This document shows positions 13,921 to 26,256 of a stretch of DNA of 64,000 nt, piece by piece. Made by a program: the position numbers and the translations under genes. A model generated the notes under the pieces. That model worked only from the letters and a program-made list of their open reading frames with translations, was not told the origin of the DNA and ran no database searches. How positions within the stretch are numbered: position 1 is the stretch's first letter; every line of letters begins with the position of its first letter. The stretch lies in NCBI GenBank assembly GCA_964187785.1, contig OZ076409.1, positions 68,512,001 to 68,576,000 of the forward strand. The letters are read 5' to 3'. This DNA is from Amphiscolops sp. MND2022. Its lineage: Eukaryota.

Positions 13921-16900
13921 TTTTTTTATTTTCCGCCCATATTTTCTATATGGGAAAGGAAAAGATTTAAATCAAACGGCTTTTTTTACAAAATTTGCCA
14001 AGCACCAAATTTATATTTAACTGTAAGGGTGTTACCCATAGAATTCAACTCACATAAATTTCGTTTCGTGCGATATGTATTTGTGGAGATTTCTGGACTT
14101 GTTTAGTTGACCCCGAGGACCCCAGGAAACCTCCCCCCCCCGACGTTTTAATGCAATTTTTGTCAATTTTTCAATCGATAGATATCGTGGATAAGAATGT
14201 TTAAAATGTTCAACATGGCACAACTTCGTTGTCCAGCAGGCTTCTATGAAGAGATAAATGCAGTTATCTGGATTAAAATTGTCTCAAATTAACACCGAAA
14301 ATGACAAAAAGACTAAAATTCCCGATTTTTACCGTTTTTACGCAATTTAAATCAAAGTTTCGATAGACCTCTTGAATTAGAATGTTGAAAACGCTCAACA
14401 TGGCACTAATTTGTTGTCCAGCAGGCATTTCCGAAGAGAGAATTGCTGTTTTCCAAATTTAAAAAATCTCAAATTGACACCAAAAACGACAAAAACTCCC
14501 AAATTTTCTTGAAGTCAAAGATTTTAGGCACTTTTTTCAAAATTTCTGACGGACTTTGTGAATTGGAACGTTGAAAAGGATCAACAGGGAAAAAATGTGT
14601 CGTCCAGTAGGCTTTTTGTCTATTTTTTGAACGACTTTGTGAATCGGAAAGTTTTAAAGGGTCAACAAGTAAAAAATTACACGTTCAATAAACTTTTATG
14701 GGGAGGTAATTGCATTGTTGTGAATAAAAATGCCTCAAATTGACTCCGAAAAGGACAAAAATCCCAATTTTTTCTTTTTTTTTCAATGGTTTTATGCATT
14801 TTTCCCAAACTTCGACAGACTTCGTCAATTGGAACCTTCAAAATGGTCAACAAGGAAAACATGTGTCGTCCAGTATGCTTAGAAAAAAATTAAATGCCGA
14901 TTTGCAAACGAAAATTGTCCGGATTTGACATCGAAAACGACAAAACTTCAAAAATTTTCCGATTTGCACTATTTTTGTTCAATTTTTGTGAAAACATTGT
15001 TAGACTTAGTGGACTGGAATGTTAACACGCCTAAAGCATGGACAAGCTTGTTGTTTCGGTAAGCTTTTGTTGCAAGATAAGCTCAAATTGTATAAGAAAA
15101 ATGCCTCAAATTCACCATGAATTGTCAAACTCTTTGAAGTTTCGTCGTTTTTGATGCAATTCTGTACATTTTCCGAAAGATTTTGTTCTAATTTCCAACA
15201 CAATCAGCTCAACAATGAGAGAATGACCTATGCATTACATTTTTGGAAGAGAACGCTGCAGCGTTTTACTTCAAAAACATTTCAGAAACCATTCGAAGAA
15301 CTCGCAAAAGTTCAACATCTTTTTTGTTGCATCTTGTGTACTTTTCGAATCGTTTTGAAGTCAGAAGGACGGCAAACGTTCAACAAAGACTGAACTGATA
15401 CCTGGTAGGATTTTGAAGAAGTATTGCAGAATTCGGCTGGAAAATTGCTCATAATCGACCGCAAACTCGAAAATGTCGATATTTTTGTCGGCTTTTGACC
15501 TTTTCAGTGAATGTTCATATGAGATTGGAAAATTTCGGTTAAAAGAAGTTTCGAAAAACTCCAGATGATGAAACTAGGCCCGAACCACTTTTTCCAAACA
15601 AGTTGCTTAATTTATGGTCAAAAGTTTCCTCAGAATGAACCTAAATATTCGAAAAACTGAGAGTTTTCAAGTTCTTTAAACCATTTTAGGCCGTTTTGTG
15701 TGCAATTGTTGAGCTATTTTTTTGCATTAAATGGTTTAAACAACTGAACAGTGACTAATCCGGGTATCTCCAGTAGGCAATTTTGAAGAGATATTTGCAT
15801 TTTTTGTTGGAATTGGCTTAATAACACACAAAAATCCATGAAACAACAAAGAAGCAAGTTGTTTGACAAACTAATCCCAATTTTTGTCCAAACCACGAAA
15901 GTTTTTGAGAATAGAAATTCCAATGACCTGCGTAATGAAGCAATAAGGTATTCAAAATGCAAATTGGGAAAAAGTGGGATAAAGTTAATGGAGTTTACAA
16001 CAAAGGTGTCAAAGTTTTCGAACGTTTTTTATGTTTGACATCTTAGTCTCAATTTTGGACCCTCTCTACATTCTCTTCAATCAGAAATGCCATAGGCTCA
16101 GGAACTAAACGTGTAGATACCAGTAGTTTTTCGGAAATATATCAAATAACTTTATTTGCACAACTTTCAGAAAATGTTACTCGGAGACGTAAATTTCGAC
16201 CTCAAGGTTTCGATCTGAGGAAAATGTTTCGAGCTCTTTCGTGGGTTAGAATGGTGTAAACATCCAACAACAACCAAACGCGGTGTCCAGTAGGCCTATT
16301 TTTGAAGAGACATCTGTAGATTCATGTTAAAAAAGTTCCTCAAACTGACCCCAAAGTTGTCAAAACTATTTCCAATTTTTGACATTTCTGGTGAAACTAT
16401 GTGCAGTTATACAACAAACCGGGATCGCTCAACTTTCCTAAATTTGCAAAGACTGACCTGATTTCAAGTTTTTGCTATTTTCTCAGTGCCAAAAGTTACC
16501 TCAAGAACTACACCTGAGACTAGGAAACCACTTGTTCCCCATCAGGAGTCACAAAAAATCATTTTTTTATTTTTTCCGGTAAAGTTCTATGATGGCGAAG
16601 CGAGCTTCAGCTAGCAAAACTACTTCTCTCAAGCCGAAACCAGCTATAAAAGCAAGGGGGTACTCTTCGACCAAATGAAAATTTCTGAAAAAACGCACGG
16701 AGTCGAAAATACTGAAATGAGGTAATCTCCACAATCCATAAGAAACCTCGTCAGTTCCATGCAATCAAAAGTAACAAAGAAGACACCCTCAAGACTCGGG
16801 GAACTTATTTCCTTTACAGAAAACTTCACAAATTGAAAATTGCGAAAAATGTTTTTCGAAATTCATTCTCAAAAAAAATTATTGAAAATTTTCACTTTTC

Positions 16901-17108
16901 TCGGTAAGTTGCATAGTGCCGAAAAAACGCAAAGTGTCCAACTATCGCAGAAATAATAACTTATGTGTTTCTTTGAAAATGGGCTAAGATGAATCAAAGC
17001 TTTCTTTGCGTTTTTATAGTGCATTGATTATTCTTGAGCCTCAAATTTATATAGTTGTAGAACAGTTTGGGGCGGAAAATATTTCGCTGCTCTGCGGGCG
17101 TCTTGTTT
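13921..17108 (+). mobile_element. Long non-autonomous Helentron-like (HINE) element with ~185-bp internal tandem subrepeats
   Basis: 5' T-run + subTIR TATTTTCCGCCC (13927-13938) with adjacent inverted repeat; perfect 3' subTIR (17070-17081); short stem-loop; terminal GTCTTGTTT. Diverged subrepeats (...CAACA.GG...GTCCAG.AGGC) at ~14205, 14390, 14578, 14843, 15030. Confidence 0.75.
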
Positions 17109-18140
17109 CAAATAAAGCATGTTTTGTAGCAAAATGTTTTGATTTTAAACTCCATGGATATTCACACTACCAAAACATCTGAAAAATATCAAAGAAAGCA
17201 TTAAAAAACATTTTTGGGTCTTGATTGCGTATTTGGAGGGACTTTAAAAATATCGTCATCTTCCTTATTATTGAAAATGACGAACCCGATTGAAACTTTT
17301 TAAAAATTGGGCCTTGTGGGTTTTTCGAGACATTTACCAAAAATCTTCCATTTTCTTTTTTGTAAACGTCCTGCATAGTTGTTTTGTTCGTCGTTTATTT
17401 TTTGGATATTTAAGAGTAGGACAATGTTTGAAAACTGGGCAAAAAGTGCCAGTAAATTGTCAAAAACAAAAACTTTTGTTTTTTTTACACCTTTGGGGTC
17501 ATTTTCAGGCTTTTAAAATGACGTTTCTGTCCTAAAGAATATGCTACATAGGTACTTTTTCATTTCTGTGTGTAGTTATGTCCACCAAATTCACCAAATT
17601 ATCCAGACTTTGAACAAAAACTGCCCGAAGTGTGAAGAAAGAAACAAATTGGTACTTTTCTGCAAAAAAGAAAACTTTTTAGTTTAGAAACTGCTGTTTA
17701 CTCTACTAAGAAGTCTCCCAAACCAATGGAAGTTTTATTTCTGAACAAAGAGAGATTTTCCCACCCGTGAACTCATTGCAATAAATTTACAGAAATTGGT
17801 TGAAATGATCAAACATCTTTGCATTTTGGGATGCATATTTTGTGGAACTTGTCGGACTGTTTGTGATAAAACTGATCTCCTCTTTTTTCTAAACTTTGCA
17901 AAAGGTCCAAAAAAGTGAAAATTCAACACAGTGGTCAAAAAATGGAAGTTTGCTTTTTTGGGTCATTTTTTTCCACAAACTTCAAATTATTTGTTTTGAA
18001 AACGCACGAGCTGTCTATTTTTCGTTTTTGAAATCGGTGGGTGCTTGAATCATTTTAAACGTTCAGAGAAATCGAAGAAATTGCTTATAGTAGTCAAACA
18101 GTGGACAATATCAAAGAACAAGACGCGTCAACTAAGAAAG

Positions 18141-19050
18141 TAGTTCCGATTGTTTTTCCAGTATGAGAAAGAACGGTCATTTTTTGACGTAATTTTGTTG
18201 AAAGTTGTATTCTATGGTTGCGGTGCCTCTTTTCTTTTGACTTCGATCACAAAGAGTTTGAAACTAAGTTCCAAAGATTTGATCAAAAAGTGTTGTTTTT
18301 TGCTTCTGTATTTCAAACAGCATGTTTACAATCACGCAATTCAGTTTCTCGGTTTTATTTCAGAAGCTTTCATCTGAGACCCTGTAGCTTGATGGCGATG
18401 TCTGGTCGTAACTGGTACTTTGTCTCTGAGAACCTGGTATGGCGTGAGTTCCTGAAAGTAGTTCGACTCCAGGAATTTTCAGCAAAACCTGTTCTGGAGT
18501 TGTTTCTTAAGGAATCATTCGTTCTCTTTTTCCTCACGTTTTTTATGTTCTCCGTAGGTTTTCCGTCTATTCCGTCTTTTTGATAACCGTGTCGAAAGCG
18601 TAAACATTTTTTTCGGAAGGCAACTGTTGAGTGCAAAACCCACGTCTTTCAAAGAATTGGATTTTCATCGGGTTAATGACAGAATTTTTCAGTGGATGTT
18701 TGTTTTTGAATGTGAATGTAGTTCCGATTGTTTTTCCAGTATGAGAAAGAACGGTCATTTTTTGACGTAATTTTGTTGAAAACTGTCTCCTATTGTTGCG
18801 GTGCCTTTTTCTTTTGAATTCGACCAAAAAAGTTCGACACTAAGTTCCAGAGATTTGATCAAAAAGTGTTGCTTTTTGCTTCTGTATTTCAAACAGCATG
18901 TTTTTAATCACGCAATTCAGTTGTTCGGTTTTGTTTCAGAGCTTTCATCTGGGACCCTGTGGCATGGTGGCGATGTCTGGTCGTAACTGGTACATTGTCT
19001 CTGAGACCCTGGTATGGTGTGAGTTACTGATATCAGTTCGGCTCCAAGAA
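18141..19050. repeat. Local direct duplication (~330 bp, offset ~578 bp)
   Basis: TAGTTCCGATTGTTTTTCCAGTATGAGAAAGAACGG... at 18141 and 18719; similarity extends to ~18475 and ~19050. Confidence 0.9.
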
Positions 19051-21650
19051 ACTTCGATTTTATTCAACTGGCGCTTCTAAATCCAATTTTCATCTATTTA
19101 AAGGTTGTTTTAATGTTTCACTTCTTCAAACGTATTTTGGTTCTGAATTAATTCACTTCATTAATCCATTGCCTTTTTTGTTTCTCTAGTTTCAGTGCTA
19201 GCAACAAAAGTAGCATCAAGTGAGGAAAGCCAGCGGATTGTCTTGACTTTTTGCTTAATGAACTCCCTTGAAGACCGCTTGCAGATTTTTCAAAAACTTC
19301 ATAGGTTGCAGGGACTTTTTTTCAAAGTGCAGTGACATGCTGACAGGATCTTCCAAGATACAGGGAAATTTTTCAAAGTTTTTTCCCTGCGCGCAGTCTG
19401 AATTTTCTAGGTTTTTCAAAAAATTACCCTGCATGCAGGCCTGCAGCATGTAAAAAGTCCCAGCAGTGTCAACTAGGGCGGGAAGGGGGACTCTTTAGTC
19501 TCGTCCGGTTTTGTATGTTACGTTTAAAAAGTTAAAATTGAAAAAGGGGCCCCTTGCAATAACTTAGATGCGTTTCCCATGTATTCGTTTAGTTGAACAA
19601 ACTGAACAAAAATTTCGTCGCTTCGAGTCTGTCTTAAAGGAAAAAAAAGAAAACGAGTGACTGTAATAGTCGGGCTCTTTTATCAATGAAAGCGTCGACT
19701 AAAAACATGCGACTACATTTTGTAATAGCGTGTGAGATATTTAACGGGTGTGTTGTTGAGCTCTCTGGATGTTGTAAACTTTCGAACGTTCGAAATCTGT
19801 TTGAAAACTGCCTCAGTGAGTTCAGTTCTATGTTAAGAATATGTTCATTGGAAATTGGCTAATATTTTAAACATAATCTCGCCTTTTTGAGGAAAATGGC
19901 CGGAAAAAAAGAAATATTCATTTAGGAAGTTTTTCAGATGAACGGTTTGAGAGAACAATGATGGAATTCAAATTTCGACCATTTCAAGTAATTTTTGTAT
20001 AATTTTTGAATGTTTCCATTTGCATGAACGTCTACAAATTTCAAAACCAAAACATTCTTTGACTCAGGAGTCTTTTTTCAGAAAAATTAGCGTTTTTCAA
20101 GTTTTCGACACGTCGATGCAATTTTTGTTCGAATTTTGGGGATTTTGGGTGCTACACAAAGAGTTCAGAAATGAATGGAGAATCTATCCAGTATACCGTT
20201 TGGAGTAGAAAGTATAATAGAAGAAACTTGACAAGCCCTCTCTCCAACCCAACCTCTTCGAAAGATTAACAAAATCATCGAAAATTAATATGCACTCACT
20301 GAACTAAACAATTTGATTTGATTCTGAACTTCTTAAAGGAAAAATAGGACAACATAAACAACAATTGAAACTCACGGTACTCGAAAAAGTATTCTTACAG
20401 TTTTCTTAACATATCTGGAGAAGTAGCTCCCAGATAAAATGTACCCTGCACAGTTTGACACCTTGTGCAAATTAGAGAAGTTCTAAAAAATCTGAACTCT
20501 ACTGTCAAGTTTTGCATCCTTTGATTGCATTAATAGAACAAATAAGCAATAAATCATCTTTATACGATAATAAATATATATCTAAGAATTTTTCCTAGAT
20601 AAAGCAGTTAAAAAAGCAACTGGAGAAATCTATAACTCAGACGAGGTGCATAGATGGGCCATTTTTCAACAATTTGCGGCCGTCGATGATCTCACTCGAA
20701 TAACTTAATCGACCTGAAAATTGACCTGAAATATTCAAATGTAAAAAGTGGTCAACACCAATTTACAAAATGTGGTTGTAAACTAGTCTATTCCAATATC
20801 TAGAAACCATTTTCTGATAGGCTGACGACGTTTTGTTCAAAAAATTTCAAAAAAGTTTTAAATTGTATTTTTCGCCCATATTTCGGGAAATAAAAGTTAC
20901 TGACTGAGCTGATTGTTTTCGTCATTTTATCCAAATTTCGATAAATACTCAAATGCCTCGCCCAAATTGAAAGGTTTCACCAAAAGAATTCGACTTACAA
21001 AAACTTAGCTTACGGCAAAAAATAGTTGTAGATAATTTTGGACTAAAATAATTCACCCCAAAACAACCACGAAATCACCAAAAAGTCAAAATTATCAAAT
21101 TTTTTCCCATTTCCAGGCTTCTTAAGCAAACTTCGTTCAGTTTTGCAGTTTGTTTGCATGGGTGTCACAAAATGAGCAGAGGAGTGTTTCAAATACCCGT
21201 AGATTTCATAGACAAAGCAAAAGTCATCTGGTACGTTTTTACGACGATCAATTTGGAGTTTTTGGATAAAGGCTTGAAAACTACAAAAAGGACAACTTCC
21301 AGTTTTGAACATTATTATGGGGTCAGTCATCAGCAGGCAGAGAAAGTCGGTTGGGAACATGCTGGTTGATAAACAAGTCTCGAACTCTCAGAAACTTGGA
21401 TGAAAGTTTAGAGAAAAGTCGACTATCAATAATCTGCAAACACCCCAAATGGGTCTTCTCTACAACTATTAACCACAGGGCAATGAAACTTGGCACACAT
21501 ATGCATGTACCTAGCACGAACACTCCGGCTAAGTTGCAATGTCATTCACTGATTATAACCCCTTTCCCTCACATGCGTAGCATTCATAGTACTCAAAGTA
21601 ATCGAGTCAAAATGTAAACACTGCTATTTACCTTTATGGCAACATTAGAA

Positions 21651-22224
21651 TGTAACTCTGCCGAAATTAACGATGTTTACATAGTGTAAACGTAATTGAG
21701 AGACCACCTAATCAACCTTTAAGACCCCTCGTATGGTTTGTTCACATAGCCAAAAACTTTGATAATTCACTCCAATGTCATATATTTATACCACATATTC
21801 CGGTTTATATTTACATTAGATTCATAGACCAGATTTATACGATTACTACATCGAGATTTTAACAACTGAATAGCTTTTGTCAAGTTTGGTATCAGGACTA
21901 CGAGGCTAATTAAATTTCCATATCTTTACAAACTTTCGCTAGAGTCAGAGCGAACAAGTGGCTACTCTCATAGTTGGAGAGTCGCAGCACGTGAAGATAC
22001 AGAGCGGGAAGTTTGTGACAGATCTCAGAAGATCCACCCTAGAGTGAAGCGGGATCAGCAGGAGATCCTACGGGTCACATCGGACCCACCAGCAAATAGA
22101 TACAGTCGCTCACAAACAGGATAACCAGGATTGTTTAGTAACGGTTCAGAGTACTAAACAACGAATCAGGACGGCGCAAAGCTTATCAAGTTTCAGCGCA
22201 AGAAAAGGGCACACAGCCGTTACA
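21651..22224. mobile_element. Solo LTR candidate (574 bp)
   Basis: TGTAAC...GTTACA ends. CATTAG lies immediately right and 2 nt before the left end. Confidence 0.55.
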
Positions 22225-22524
22225 CATTAGGTCTCAATTTCCTTCAGTTTCGTATTGTTTCCATTAGTTAGAGAGTCAGGAAGTTCCACTTCTACACAAC
22301 AATCTATCTAACATACCGTTTGAAGCAAATTCTGTACAATTTGTGAACGTTTACATAGATTTGAATGTTTCAACACCAAAGTTTCCTACAGTTTTCAAAC
22401 ATTTTTGTTGGTCAAATTCTGCAACGACTTCAACGACGAACAAGACAATTATCAAGTAGGTTTTAAGTGTAGAGAAGTAAAGTTTTGTGGCCAAAAGGAT
22501 CCTAAAAAACAAATTTCAACAGTT

Positions 22525-25500
22525 GAGTTATGATATGATCACGACTAAGATTTAGTCTTGACCGTGCCGCAATCGTAACATGATCGTACTACGACATGCT
22601 TGGTGGGTAAACCCAGAATTGGGCAACGATGAAATGACGGTTAGTTTTGCTTTATATTAACAACAGGGGTAAGAAAACCAAGGTACCTATGTTACAAGAA
22701 TCACAAATCTTGCAAAATTCTTCCAAATTCTCGTCAACTTTGCATTTCTTACACGAATCTTACAAGTTTGTACAAGAATCGCAACCTTTGCAAATTTGTT
22801 ACATTGTCGAACATTTCATACAAAATTCTGATAACATTTTTGCAAAAATTCATTTTTTGGGAAGAAGTTCTTACAAAAATTGTGATGTGTTATTTCGAAC
22901 AAAATTTCAAAAATTTCAACTCAGGGCTTTAATGTACGCAGGGCTGTAATGTTGTAAGCGAAAGCTTTACAACAATAACATCATACAATGCTCATGATGC
23001 AAATAAGGCATTCCAATAATATAAAATCTATATGCTCTAATATGGGCAATTGTGTCATTTTTCGCGTACAGATAGTTTTCTTTTACATTCTGAGCAGAAA
23101 AACGCAAATCTTGCAAGATTTTTGCAAGAGTTAGATTCTAAAAATGTATTTTTTACAAAATTTTACAAGAATTCTTGTAAGAATTTTGCAAGAGTTGTGA
23201 ATTTTGTAACCTAGGGGTGTTGTGACGCACTGGCTGAGTTATTGTAGTACGGTTGACACCTTCGCACGTAATATCCTCGAATGTCATTTCTTGGGAGTTT
23301 GGTTTGACCCGCACAGCTCAGAGTTTGAAACTGTCAGGCCAATTACTTTTGAGGGCAGGTTCGCGATCAACCTTAGAATCTTTTCGCTCAATTTGTTGAA
23401 TTTATGCGATGTTTTAACTGTCTTGACTTTTTTGAGTTTTCTTTTACTGAATTATTCAGTTGGAATAAATCGAAAACTAGAAGAATCAAGTTTTCAGTGA
23501 CTTCGCCCATATATCGTATTAGTTACTGAAATTGCCAAAAAGAGGTGAATGCTTTTGAAGGTTACATTCAAAGACTGGTGCACGAGAGTACAGCGCTGTC
23601 ACTTGGAATGATTTAGAATAATAGGCAAATTCTTCAAAGCGTTTTAGCATCAACCTGTGGGTATGTCTATCTTGTGGGAAAGCGATTTTTCTAATTCATT
23701 TTTTTTCAACTCATACCAATACTTTGCAATATGGTGGCCTAGTTTAGACTTGATCCAGCAGTGATTCTTTTGTGGAGTTTCTGACGTGTCTTGCGGTCGC
23801 TGCATTTGCACTCTATCTTCAATTTTGCAGTACAATCTACTATACCATCAGGCGTTTCCTAATACGATCTTACAAGGAAATCAGACACTGATTGTCTTGC
23901 GAGTTATGATATGATCACGACTAAGATTTAGTCTTGACCGTGCCGCAATCGTAACATGGTCGTACTACGACATGCTTGGTGGGTAAACCCAGAATTGTTC
24001 AACGATGAAATGACGGTTAGTTTTGCTTTATATTAACAACAGGGGTAAGAAAACCAAGGTACCTAGGTTACAAGAATCGCAAATCTTGCAAAATTCTTCC
24101 GAAATTCTCGTCAACTTTGCATTTCTTACAAGAATCTTACAAATTTGTACAAGAATCGCAACACTTGCAACTTTGTTACAATGTCGAACATTTCTTACAA
24201 AACTCTGATAACATTTTTGCAAAAATGCAATTTTTTTTGGTAGGAATTTCTTACAAAAATTGTGATGTGTTATTTCGACCAAAATTTCAAAAATTTCAAC
24301 GCAGGGCTGTAATGTACGCAGGGCTGTAATGTTGTAAGCGAAAGCTTTACAACAATAACATCATTCAATGCTCATGATGCAAATAAAGCATTCCGATAAA
24401 ATAAAATCTAGATGCTCTTATATGGGCAATTGTGTCATTTTTCGCGTACAGATAGTTTTCTTTTACATTCTGAGCAGAAAAAAGCAAATCTTGCAAGATT
24501 TTTGCAAGAGTTAGATTCTAAAAATGCATTTTCTTACAAGATTTTACAAGAATTCTCGTAAGAATTTTGCAAGAGTTGTGATTTTTGTAACCTAGGGGTG
24601 TTGTGACGCACTGGCTGAGTTATTGTAGTACGGTTAACTTCTTCGCAGGTAATATCCTCAAATGTCATTTCTTGGGAGTTTGGTTTGACCCGCACAGCTC
24701 AGAGTTTGAAACTGTCAGGCCAATTACTTTTGAGGGCGGGTTCGCGATCAACCTTAGAATCTTTTCGCTCAATTTGTTGAATTTATGCGATGTTTTAACT
24801 GTCTTGACTTTTTTGAGTTTTCTTTTACTGAATTATTCAGTTGGAATAAATCGAAAACTAGAAGAATCAAGTTTTCATGACTTCGCCCATATATCATATT
24901 AGTTACTGAAATTGCCAAAAAGAGGTGAATGCTTTTGAAGGTTACATTCAAAGACTGGTGCACGAGAGTACAGCGCTGTCACTTGGAATGATTTAGAATA
25001 ATAGGCAAATTCTTCAAAGCGTTTTAGCATCAACCTGTGGGTATGTCTATCTTGTGGGAAAGCGATTTTTCTAATTCATTTTTTTTCAACTCATACCAAT
25101 ACTTTGCAATATAGTGGCCTAGTTTAGACTTGATCCAGCAGTGATTCTTTTGTGGAGTTTCTGACGTGTCTTGCGGTCGCTGCATTTGCACTCTTTCTTC
25201 TATTTTGCAGTACAATCTACTATACCATCAGGCGTTTCCTAATACGATCTTACAAGGAAATCAGACACTGATTGTCTTGCGAGTTATGATATGATCACGA
25301 CTAAGATTTAGTCTTGACCGTGCCGCAATCGTAACATGATCGTACTACGACATGCTTGGTGGGTAAACCCAGAATTGTTCAACGATGAAATGACGGTTAG
25401 TTTTGCTTTATATTAACAACAGGGGTAAGAAAACCAAGGTACCTAGGTTACAAGAATCACAAATCTTGCAAAATTCTTCCAAATTCTCGTCAACTTTGCA

Positions 25501-26256
25501 TTTCTTACAAGAATCTTACAAGTTTGTACAAGAATCGCAACCTTTGCAAATTTGTTACAATGTCGAACATTTCTTACAAAATTCTGATAACATTTTTGTT
25601 TTGCAAAATGCATTTTTTTGGGAAGAAATTCTTACAAAAATTGTGATGTGTTATTTCGACCAAAATTTCAAAAATTTCAACGCAGGGCTGTAATGTACGC
25701 AGGGCTGTAATGTTGTAAGCGAAAGCTTTACAACAATAACATCATACAATGCTCATGATGCAAATAAGGCATTCCGATAATATAAAATCTAGATGCTCTA
25801 ATATGGGCAATTGTGTCATTTTTCGCGTACAGATAGTTTTCTTTTACATTCTGAGCAGAAAAATGCAAATCTTGCAAGATTTTTGCAAGAGTTAGATTCT
25901 CAAAATGCATTTTCTTACAAGATTTTACAAGAATTCTTGTAAGAATTTTGCAAGAGTTGTGATTTTTGTAACCTAGTGGTGTTGTGACGCACTGGCTGAG
26001 TTATTGTAGTACGGTTAACACCTTCGCAGGTAATATCCTCAAATGTCATTTCTTGGGAGTTTGGTTTGACCCGCACAGCTCAGAGTTTGAAACTGTCAGG
26101 CCAATTACTTTTGAGGGCAGGTTCGCGATCAACCTTAGAATCTTTTCGCTCAATTTGTTGAATTTATGCGATGTTTTAACTGTCTTGACTTTTTTGAGTT
26201 TTCTTTTACTGAATTATTCAGTTGGAATAAATCGAAAACTAGAAGAATCAAGTTTT
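22525..26256. repeat. Tandem array of a ~1.38 kb unit (2.7 copies)
   Basis: Units begin GAGTTATGATATGATCACG at 22525, 23901 and 25281. The third is truncated at 26256. Copies are highly similar. Confidence 0.97.
24062..24596. mobile_element. MITE inside the tandem unit (other copies 22686-23215, 25442-25977)
   Basis: ~35-bp TIRs CCTAGGTTACAAGAATC.CAAATCTTGCAAAATTCTT / AAGAATTTTGCAAGAGTTGTGATTTTTGTAACCTAGG, with ~11-bp CTTACAAGAAT-like subrepeats. Confidence 0.8.

Noticed and set aside
22..21617. Numerous 60-125 aa Phe/Lys-rich ORFs in the track
   Set aside because: They are chance ORFs in AT-rich repeats, mostly with non-ATG starts and no domain motifs.
22525..26256. CRISPR array or repeated protein-coding genes
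   Set aside because: Units are 1.38 kb with no unique spacers. The repeated short ORFs differ by frameshifts and lie in MITE sequence.
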